From: a virus
Lineage: Duplodnaviria > Caudoviricetes
Strand: one strand, 5' to 3'
Virus record (IMG/VR): IMGVR_UViG_3300031851_000001
Length of the DNA: 64,000 bases
Below are positions 47,225-54,713 of the stretch, in pieces. Made by a program: the position numbers and the translations under genes. The notes under the pieces are model-generated. The model had not been told where the DNA came from, did no database searches, and worked only from the letters and a program-made list of their open reading frames with translations. The first letter of the stretch is position 1. Every line of letters begins with the position of its first letter.

Positions 47225-47256
47225 CTATTGACATTCTCCTTAGAATCAGTTATATT
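47222..47256 (+). promoter_or_regulatory. Early promoter, GANTC class (copy 6)
   Basis: TTGACA-ttctcctTAGAATCAGT-TATATT. Confidence 0.9.
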
Positions 47257-47287
47257 GATTATATAAACAAATGGAAAGAGAATCAAA

Positions 47288-47446
47288 ATGCGTATCGTAA
47301 TTAAAGACATTATGAAAGTTTGTAAATGCTCAGACAAAGTTGCACTTAACATTGAAGAGCAAATGGAAATTGAAGGTTTTGATTTTTCTCAGGCAACTAA
47401 AAAAGAATTTCGCATTGCTGCTAAATTCGCTATGATGGAAATATAA
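47288..47446 (+). CDS. Small hypothetical protein (52 aa, not in track)
   Basis: MRIVIKDIMKVCKCSDKVALNIEEQMEIEGFDFSQATKKEFRIAAKFAMMEI. Confidence 0.7.
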   Translation: MRIVIKDIMKVCKCSDKVALNIEEQMEIEGFDFSQATKKEFRIAAKFAMMEI

Positions 47447-47464
47447 ATAAAGGAACTCTATATT

Positions 47465-47791
47465 ATGAAAACAGTAATTAAAGCAAGTGACGTTGGAAGC
47501 ACACTAACACATAAGCCAAACAATCGTGCAAAGGCAGTGTTTAAAACACTAGACCAAGGTCAGTATGCTATTGAAGCAAAAAATATTTTGATGGAAAATG
47601 TTAAAACTGGCGAAGTATGGGAACTTGGCTCTTCCACACCAGTATACTCGAAAGAGTTAATTGAATATCAAATGTTAATGCCAAAGGATCGTCTATTAGA
47701 AACATTTCCTGGGATTGTAGGAAAGTTTTTTGAAAGCCGAGGAACGTGGTCCGACAAAGACGAGTGGAACGTAAAGTACACTCGAGCATAA
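47465..47791 (+). CDS. Hypothetical protein
   Basis: 108 aa, SD. Confidence 0.7.
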   Translation: MKTVIKASDVGSTLTHKPNNRAKAVFKTLDQGQYAIEAKNILMENVKTGEVWELGSSTPVYSKELIEYQMLMPKDRLLETFPGIVGKFFESRGTWSDKDEWNVKYTRA

Positions 47792-47796
47792 TTCAG

Positions 47797-47963
47797 AGGC
47801 GGGTATTAGAGAGTAAAGACTAATATCGGCCAATGAAAAGCCTAACAGCCAATGTACAAGGTTTTGTTAGGTGGGTATAATCGCCGGTACCGAAGGAAAC
47901 CCGGACGTTTGCTACTAACGAGATTGTAGATAAGGGGAGAGGCACTGCAGAAAGTCTCTCCCA
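47797..47963 (+). ncRNA. Candidate structured ncRNA A
   Basis: GC-rich gene-free tract with stems GGCG/CGCC, GGTATTAG/CTAATATC, CCTAACA/TGTTAGG, CCGG/CCGG, CTAC/GTAG, GGGAGAG/CTCTCCC. Confidence 0.6.
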
Positions 47964-47967
47964 CGAA

Positions 47968-48061
47968 AACTATATTAACCTGCGTCTTGCAAATGAGGGA
48001 ACCGGACCTAAACTTTGCCAGACAATATCGTCAAAGAACCAAGGCGCAGATTAATATAGTT
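47968..48061 (+). ncRNA. Candidate structured ncRNA B
   Basis: About 20-bp closing stem AACTATATTAA-c-CTGCGTCTT / AAGGCGCAG-a-TTAATATAGTT with inner CTTTG/CAAAG and GAC/GTC. Confidence 0.6.
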
Positions 48062-48064
48062 TAA

Positions 48065-48141
48065 CAGGGTGTAGCTCAGTATGGTAGAGTGTCGCACTTG
48101 GAATGCGAAGGTCGTTGGTTCAAGTCCAGCTACCCTGACCA
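48065..48141 (+). tRNA. tRNA-Pro(TGG)
   Basis: CAGGGTG/TACCCTG-ACCA, anticodon arm TCGCA-CTTGGAA-TGCGA. Confidence 0.95.
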
Positions 48142-48205
48142 ATTGGCAGGATCAGCCTAGGAGAGGTGTAACACACAGCCTAAAGATCACATAGAAGACC
48201 CGAGT

Positions 48206-48241
48206 AATAGGGAGGTTATTAATTTAGCCTCCCTATTTTTG
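48206..48241. terminator. Bidirectional intrinsic terminator
   Basis: AATAGGGAGGTTA/TAGCCTCCCTATT stem plus T run. Confidence 0.85.
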
Positions 48242-48243
48242 TT

Positions 48244-48585
48244 TTATTTTTTGCCTACTGCATCAGCAGCAAAGAATGCTGAAACCAATACCGCAATTGA
48301 TGCAAAGTATGTTGGTGCAATATCAGCAACTAATCCAGCCGCTGTGTCTAAGTTTAACCAAGAAGTTAAAATGATTGCTAATGGATATACTAATAATCCA
48401 ATAAGTGAAAACCAAGCCATTTTACGGATAGCGTCACGCTGAGCGTCTTTATCCTCTAATGCTTTGCGTTTGAATTCTAAATGCATTGCCATTTCTTCAG
48501 CTGAGATATGACCGTCTCCGTTCACGTCAATAGCTGCCGCTGCTTCTGCATCGATAGTTGTCTTGTCTGCCATGTTATTCTCCAT
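48244..48585 (-). CDS. EF-hand + 2-TM protein (holin-like)
   Basis: Canonical loop DVNGDGHISAEE followed by two hydrophobic helices. Confidence 0.7.
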   Translation of the reverse strand: MENNMADKTTIDAEAAAAIDVNGDGHISAEEMAMHLEFKRKALEDKDAQRDAIRKMAWFSLIGLLVYPLAIILTSWLNLDTAAGLVADIAPTYFASIAVLVSAFFAADAVGKK

Positions 48586-48622
48586 TAAATTTATATGCGC
48601 ATTACAAAGACTTCAATACTTT

Positions 48623-48637
48623 TATTTATTATAAATA
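48623..48637. promoter_or_regulatory. Late promoters, divergent
   Basis: TATAAATA + at 48630-48637, AATAAATA - at 48623-48630. Confidence 0.65.
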
Positions 48638-48668
48638 ACTGTAATGCCTAGTCAATTTAGCAAAGGAG

Positions 48669-48857
48669 ATGAACATGGCCATTAAAGTATCGACGACAAC
48701 TGTCATAGATAACGCATTACAAATGCAAAACATCGCAACGATGGATACAGTTACCCAAACCACAATTATTGATTTCATTAAAGCTGTTGACCACAAACTT
48801 ATTATACGTGACTCAGCTGGTAATGAAACTTTTAGAATTTACGGCTTGCCAGCGTAA
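48669..48857 (+). CDS. Hypothetical virion-associated protein
   Basis: 62 aa, late promoter. Confidence 0.65.
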   Translation: MNMAIKVSTTTVIDNALQMQNIATMDTVTQTTIIDFIKAVDHKLIIRDSAGNETFRIYGLPA

Positions 48858-49858
48858 TGGCAGGTTGGATATTACAAGGTGATTTAACGGGAGCTGGCGT
48901 TGGCCTTGATATGCCAAACCCAGCCTTTGACCCGTATGAAGGTCAGGTATTACGAAGAATTGCTTATTTGTATTCTTTAAATACCACCGTTAATTTATCG
49001 GTAGTTAATTCTGGTGGAAATTTAGGTACGATAGGTTCTGACACAAGAATGCAGGCTGGTGCAAGTACATCTACAACTGCAGCTCAAGGTGGCTTTGCTA
49101 CCTCAGGCAATACACCTGACATATCCACCGTCGCAGGCGGTACATACGCTCGTATTAGCCAATCAGTAAGCGGTTCTCCTCCTGCATTACCTACTGATAC
49201 AGACTTGCATAGGTTTCCATTGCTTATGACTCCAACTGCTGGCGATCTTCAGTCTATGGACTTGGCTGATTGCTACGAATTCTTTATTGCACCAGCAATG
49301 GCAATTATTCAAAACGGAACAGTAGATGCCAACTCGGGTGGCATGTATCATATATCTTCATCAAGCAGTGTTTCCGGTTCAACACTAATATCATCAACAC
49401 CGGTATTCATTGATACTAGAGCAAATGCTGCCGCGTACACTGCGGGAGGCATTGGTGAAACTCAGGACCAACCTACGACTGTTAGTAATTATTATTTACA
49501 TAAAGTTACTCCGGCAGCCAACACGCCTAGCTTTATGCCAGTATATTGGAGTTACGCAAATAGCGATATAAGAGAAATGTCTTTATCTATGTTTGACGAT
49601 ATATTTGGACCAATGATACAAAACGCTGCAGTGAACGGAACAGGCATAGCGGGTTTTGATTCAGTTTTAAGATATAACTTAAATGGATCTGGTAATACTA
49701 TGGGTTCAGTAATGGCTGATACAAGATTAAGTGGTTCATCAGCTTCTGGTTATACACAAAGATTTGTAAGTACGTCTGATTATCGAACACAAGAGTTTCC
49801 TAATGGTACTCCCACAACAATCAACTCTTATACATTAAAAGCAACATTAACTAACTAA
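48857..49858 (+). CDS. Putative tail-fibre/virion structural protein
   Basis: S/T/G/A-rich, three internal DTR repeats, late operon. Confidence 0.5.
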   Translation: MAGWILQGDLTGAGVGLDMPNPAFDPYEGQVLRRIAYLYSLNTTVNLSVVNSGGNLGTIGSDTRMQAGASTSTTAAQGGFATSGNTPDISTVAGGTYARISQSVSGSPPALPTDTDLHRFPLLMTPTAGDLQSMDLADCYEFFIAPAMAIIQNGTVDANSGGMYHISSSSSVSGSTLISSTPVFIDTRANAAAYTAGGIGETQDQPTTVSNYYLHKVTPAANTPSFMPVYWSYANSDIREMSLSMFDDIFGPMIQNAAVNGTGIAGFDSVLRYNLNGSGNTMGSVMADTRLSGSSASGYTQRFVSTSDYRTQEFPNGTPTTINSYTLKATLTN

Positions 49859-49869
49859 GGATTTATATT

Positions 49870-50448
49870 ATGGCAGAATTTAGTGGCGCGGTTGACGCGG
49901 CGTATTACATGGATGAAAACTACAGCTTAATTGAAGTTGTATATACAAATCCTAATAACGAAAAAGTTAATTACATGGTTGAAGTAGGAGACAATGCAGA
50001 TTATAATGCGTTAGTTTCAGAAGGTTGGGATCCAGAAAAGCTTGTTGAAACTACTTCAGAATTTAAAAGAGAAAGCGCTCGTGAATTTGGTGAATTAGTT
50101 AATGCGCAAGCGCAAGCCTTGGCAGAGGAAATGCTAGGAATGCGTTTCCTTATGGAACGTAAAGAAATTCTCGAAAAGCAAACAGCTGAGCTAGACCAAC
50201 AGACACAAGAAAAAGAAAATCAACTATTAAGCCTTGACCAAGATGTTAAAGTAAAAACAAACAAAGTTGACCACGCAGTGTATGACTTTATTCGCGACAA
50301 TAACGAAAGCAAAGAAGAACTCTTTAAGTTTAAACTTTGGGCATTAGAACAAGACGTGGTTAAAAAATCTGACAAATCAATTAAGTCTTCTATACGTAAG
50401 TCAACTCGTATTACATCAGCAATGGCGATTTACAACGATCTCTTATAA
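49870..50448 (+). CDS. Coiled-coil protein, possible fibre chaperone
   Basis: Follows the fibre-like gene. Confidence 0.5.
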   Translation: MAEFSGAVDAAYYMDENYSLIEVVYTNPNNEKVNYMVEVGDNADYNALVSEGWDPEKLVETTSEFKRESAREFGELVNAQAQALAEEMLGMRFLMERKEILEKQTAELDQQTQEKENQLLSLDQDVKVKTNKVDHAVYDFIRDNNESKEELFKFKLWALEQDVVKKSDKSIKSSIRKSTRITSAMAIYNDLL

Positions 50449-51165
50449 AAAACTTGTAGGTCTATTGGTTTGAAAAGGATTAAGACACGCTATGATAAAG
50501 TCTACTTCCTTTTTGCTCAATCCTGTTTCTAAAAGTTTTGTCGTAAATTTTGGTACTATATTTTTGTAAGTTGTTTGATAATTTTTCTTGGCTAACTCTG
50601 AATTTTTCTCATCATTTAAATATGGTACACTACCTATCATGCAAGTATATATTACACAGGCATACGCAAAGTAATCATCTGTATAGTGTACGTTAGCTAG
50701 TAAACTTTCATATGGTCTACTAAAATGTCTACCTGATCCTAACAAAGGTGTGAGAATTACATCAAAACGCACTGAAGCATCAAAATCAAAATACCTAAAC
50801 TGGCCTTCGTTATAAGCTATGTTTTTAAGAGTATAGTCTAATAAAATATAATTACTGCTATGAACAATATCAAATAATTCTTTAGTGTATTTTGTGAATT
50901 TTCTTATAAGTTCTTTAGTTGGTGTGATATGAACACAGTCGAGTGGTTCACCTTCAACCCATTCTTTTATAAGTCTGCCATTGTTATAATCTATTATTTC
51001 TGGCAAAGACTCGTGGTTTATATGTAGGAGTGCTTCGTATTCATAATACGCTTGGTCTTTGTAACAGTAAGTTACATTATCTTTTTTAACGCGATATACG
51101 TTGCGCGTTGATTTTGGTTTAACACGCAAATGCTCGTCGAACATGACTTCATAGCCTGTTAACAT
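50443..51165 (-). CDS. Ser/Thr protein kinase-like
   Basis: CYK (VAIK-like Lys), E helix, LLDYTLKNI catalytic loop, DFD, D-x-F/Y-A. Confidence 0.75.
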   Translation of the reverse strand: MLTGYEVMFDEHLRVKPKSTRNVYRVKKDNVTYCYKDQAYYEYEALLHINHESLPEIIDYNNGRLIKEWVEGEPLDCVHITPTKELIRKFTKYTKELFDIVHSSNYILLDYTLKNIAYNEGQFRYFDFDASVRFDVILTPLLGSGRHFSRPYESLLANVHYTDDYFAYACVIYTCMIGSVPYLNDEKNSELAKKNYQTTYKNIVPKFTTKLLETGLSKKEVDFIIACLNPFQTNRPTSFL

Positions 51166-51177
51166 TTTTTAATATCC

Positions 51178-51199
51178 TATAAATACATCTATATTTATA
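51178..51199. promoter_or_regulatory. Crossing late promoters
   Basis: TATAAATA + 51178-51185 and - 51192-51199. Confidence 0.75.
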
Positions 51200-51207
51200 A
51201 TGAAAGT

Positions 51208-52401
51208 ATGACAATGAAATGTATAGTTCCGGAAACCGGGATTACAATTAATCCTATTGGCGAAATGGTTATATGTTGTGCAGGTGACAACGTAGCGCTT
51301 TCGCATATCAAAGATGTGGATAACCTTACCGAGTTTTTTAATGGCGAAGTGTATGATAAACTTCGTTCTGACTTCAAAGAAAAGTCGTTTCCAAAACAAT
51401 GTAACGTATGTTGGAGACATTGGGATGCAGGTCGTATTGCTAGGTTTGACTCATACAACCGATTTAGCTTTCCTACATATGAAGAAGATTTAGCGTCTGA
51501 CGTTATTCCTATTAGATTTCTTGAGATCACAACAAGTAACATATGCAATCAAATGTGTGTCTCTTGTTCTGGTAAGTATTCTTCTAAGTGGTCGCCATAT
51601 GAAAAAATGGCGGTTGAGTCTGGTCTAACATGGCGCAACGAAAACCACAAGTTCCATACCAAAATGTATAAAATGACTAAGGCTGATGTTGATAAGGTAT
51701 TGGATATAGTTCCACACCTGCAGCATTTAACTATTAAGGGTGGTGAACCTTTTGCTGATCCTAATAACATAAAGATACTAAAAAAGTTAGCCGAAACTAA
51801 TCCCGGCTGCAGGGTAGAGATATGCACAAACATGCAACTCGTAACTAACACAGTTATTGAAATATTGCATCAGATAAACGAAGTACATATTCAAGCAAGC
51901 ATTGACGGCATACATGAAATGTATGATTGGATACGTGGAGGTAACTTTAAGAAGACAGTAAACAACATTAAGAGATACCACGAACACTCTGGACGTAAGG
52001 TAGTTATTGTATCAACAGTATCTGTATATAATTGGATGCACCTTCCAGAACTTATCGACTATTGGAAAACTATTGAGGGCGTGGATAGAATTAGCATGGC
52101 TAACCTTGTTACATTCCCTAAATATTGTAGTCCATGTTACCTAGACGAACACCACATAGAAGAAGGCAGAAACAAACTATTTGATTACTTAAAAGATTGG
52201 GATAAAAAGTCAGACACTTATTATACGACAGACAACCTACATTTATCAGGCATGAATAATGTATTGAGTGTGGTACAAGGTGATGATGATATTAAACTAA
52301 TACAAAAACGAATGATACAATGGATCGACTTTTGTTTAGTCGCTCGTGAAAACAATGAAGATATATATGAGTTAGCACCATACTTAGAGGATTACAGATG
52401 A
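51208..52401 (+). CDS. Radical SAM protein with N-terminal SPASM/twitch-like Cys motif
   Basis: CNQMCVSC, IKGGEP, N-terminal C..CC...CxxC. Confidence 0.88.
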   Translation: MTMKCIVPETGITINPIGEMVICCAGDNVALSHIKDVDNLTEFFNGEVYDKLRSDFKEKSFPKQCNVCWRHWDAGRIARFDSYNRFSFPTYEEDLASDVIPIRFLEITTSNICNQMCVSCSGKYSSKWSPYEKMAVESGLTWRNENHKFHTKMYKMTKADVDKVLDIVPHLQHLTIKGGEPFADPNNIKILKKLAETNPGCRVEICTNMQLVTNTVIEILHQINEVHIQASIDGIHEMYDWIRGGNFKKTVNNIKRYHEHSGRKVVIVSTVSVYNWMHLPELIDYWKTIEGVDRISMANLVTFPKYCSPCYLDEHHIEEGRNKLFDYLKDWDKKSDTYYTTDNLHLSGMNNVLSVVQGDDDIKLIQKRMIQWIDFCLVARENNEDIYELAPYLEDYR

Positions 52402-53468
52402 GTTGGGATTTTTTTCAATCCAATAGAACAATACCATCTCAACATAAGATGGTTTCTTGTTATGCTCCATTTAATCATATGCGAATCCGTAGAAACGGAG
52501 AAATGCACCCATGCTGTTTTTCAACACAAAAAACACGTTGGAAAAAAGATGAAGTTAGCCTAAAAGATTATTGGTTTGGAGAGTTAAACCAATCATATCA
52601 AGAAGCATTATTAGAAAATACTCTACACGACGGTTGCCAAAAAGTATGCGGTGCTAGAATAAATTCTAAAATAAAGCCGCCTATCAATGAATACGATCAT
52701 AATGTTGGTGACGATAGACTTAAACACGCATTATCATTATCTTATCCTAGAATTTTTGAGTTCGAAATATCAAATCTTTGCAACATGGCTTGTCCAATGT
52801 GTATGGGTGAGTTAAGTTCAAAGCATATGTTAGGACGCGATAAAAACTTAAAAGTTTATGACCCAAACACATTTGACGATGATGAAAATTTACAATCGTT
52901 ACTAGAAGAATTTAAAGAATTTGTTCCACACCTTGATGAAATAAGATTTGTTGGTGGAGAACCTTTTTCGCACAAAGCGTTATATAAACTATGTAGTATG
53001 ATTGCTAAAATTAATCCTAGTATGCGTATTCAAGTGTGTACTAATGGAAGTGTGTTTAATAAAAAAGTTCTTAAAATATGTAATGAAAATAATTTAAAGT
53101 TAACCATATCTGTTGATACAGTTGTTCCAAAAGAATATAGCCAGATTAGAATTGGTGGTAATTATGAAGAGACTTATAATAATGTGAAGAGATTTGGCGA
53201 ACGTTGCAAAGTTACAGTAAACGCGACTCTTATGTCTATAAACGCATTGAATATAGACAAGTTATTTGAATATGCTATGGAAAATGAATATGGTGTTTTC
53301 ATAAACACTTATGATAGATCAGGCAGAAGTCATACTGAAGATTGGAGCATAAGTACAATGAAAATGGTTGACAGGCAAGCTTCAGTTGACAGGCTTACTG
53401 CTTTATTGGGTGATGAAAATTATAAGAGACACTATGAAGAAATTAGAAAGATTATTAATTTGTTATGA
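52398..53468 (+). CDS. Radical SAM protein with N-terminal SPASM/twitch-like Cys motif (paralog)
   Basis: CNMACPMC, FVGGEP, CYAP...PCC...CQKVC. Confidence 0.88.
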   Translation: MSWDFFQSNRTIPSQHKMVSCYAPFNHMRIRRNGEMHPCCFSTQKTRWKKDEVSLKDYWFGELNQSYQEALLENTLHDGCQKVCGARINSKIKPPINEYDHNVGDDRLKHALSLSYPRIFEFEISNLCNMACPMCMGELSSKHMLGRDKNLKVYDPNTFDDDENLQSLLEEFKEFVPHLDEIRFVGGEPFSHKALYKLCSMIAKINPSMRIQVCTNGSVFNKKVLKICNENNLKLTISVDTVVPKEYSQIRIGGNYEETYNNVKRFGERCKVTVNATLMSINALNIDKLFEYAMENEYGVFINTYDRSGRSHTEDWSISTMKMVDRQASVDRLTALLGDENYKRHYEEIRKIINLL

Positions 53469-54073
53469 AACCAGATAATATAATATTCGTAAAGCATGGT
53501 GATAAGTATACTGCCGAACATGTCAATAGATTAAGAGATCAGCTTAGAGAATATTACCCTAAGGCTCAATACCTGTGTTATACAGAAGATCCGTCTGGCG
53601 TTGAAATCGAAAAAATTCCATGTTTTAAAAAACCAACACTCAGATTTTGGTGGAATAAACTTGCAATGTTTAGTGCAGACTTTCCTGTAGAAGGTAAGTG
53701 TTTATTTTTTGATTTAGATATGGATATTAAAGAAGATCCATCGACATTTTTAAAATGGGACGGATTAACAATACTTAAAGATTATTGGAAAGACGATTTG
53801 TACATGGCCGCGCATGCTTATGATGTTCACATAAATAGTTCTGTGATCACGTGGACTGCTGGAGAACAGACGCACATATGGGATCACTTCTTATCTAACA
53901 AAGATTACTTCATGCGTAAGTATAAAGGTATAGATAGATTTTTAGTCCACGAAGGATTAGAGTTTAATACCTTTGAGCATGGTTTAGTAAACAGTGTCGC
54001 TAATGAATTTAGGAATGCACCAATTGATATGTATAATGGAATGAAATATGAGCTACCTAGAAACAATCTATAA
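53465..54073 (+). CDS. GT-A glycosyltransferase
   Basis: KHGDKY, WWNKL, FFDLDMD, NSSV. Confidence 0.8.
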   Translation: MKPDNIIFVKHGDKYTAEHVNRLRDQLREYYPKAQYLCYTEDPSGVEIEKIPCFKKPTLRFWWNKLAMFSADFPVEGKCLFFDLDMDIKEDPSTFLKWDGLTILKDYWKDDLYMAAHAYDVHINSSVITWTAGEQTHIWDHFLSNKDYFMRKYKGIDRFLVHEGLEFNTFEHGLVNSVANEFRNAPIDMYNGMKYELPRNNL

Positions 54074-54713
54074 AAATGCATTAAACGAATGTGAAAATAT
54101 TTACAGAGAATCACAGTACAATAAAGACGTAGATTTATATAGAAGCTACGACATTATGAACTCTGTCAACGAAACACAGTTGAAAAGCAAGCAATGGCTT
54201 GTTGACACCCTAGTACCTTTTCTTACAGACAAACAATTTAGATGGTGTCCACTGCAAGATATTATTATTCTTGGCGGGTGGTATGGCATGAATGGAATGT
54301 TGCTTCGCCAAAAGATCGACAACGATATTAATATATGGAACGTTGATACAGACCCACTATGTTTAAAATATTCATATGCACTACAGGCTGGCAACGATGA
54401 TTACAAAAACAATCATTCAATTACTGATGATGCTTTAGACTATTTTTTTACTAGGTCCGATGCATATCAACTTATTATTAATACAAGCTGTGAGCATATG
54501 GAACCAGATGATATACGTTTAATCCTTGGTGCTAAGACACGAGAAACTGTGATTTGTTTTCAAAGCAATAATTACCATTCTATCCAAAGTCATATCAATA
54601 CACACAATAGCCTAGATGAGTTTGTTGAGTCGCTAGACTTAGCTGGTGTTTTGTGGAAGGGTGAAATGCAAGTTAATGAGGAATGCACACGTTATATGGT
54701 GATAGGCGTATGA
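54048..54713 (+). CDS. Class I SAM-dependent methyltransferase-like
   Basis: IILGGWYG, NVDTD, INTSCEH, QSNNY. Confidence 0.75.
   Translation: MSYLETIYKNALNECENIYRESQYNKDVDLYRSYDIMNSVNETQLKSKQWLVDTLVPFLTDKQFRWCPLQDIIILGGWYGMNGMLLRQKIDNDINIWNVDTDPLCLKYSYALQAGNDDYKNNHSITDDALDYFFTRSDAYQLIINTSCEHMEPDDIRLILGAKTRETVICFQSNNYHSIQSHINTHNSLDEFVESLDLAGVLWKGEMQVNEECTRYMVIGV

Noticed and set aside
20456-47256. Repeated ~35-nt sequence as CRISPR or mobile repeat
   Set aside because: Copies are dispersed, not arrayed with spacers, and each is a -35/-10 promoter before a gene.
47883-47905. SRP RNA helix 8 (CCGAAGGAA resemblance)
   Set aside because: Lacks the GGAA tetraloop/AGCAG symmetric loop and the long flanking helix.
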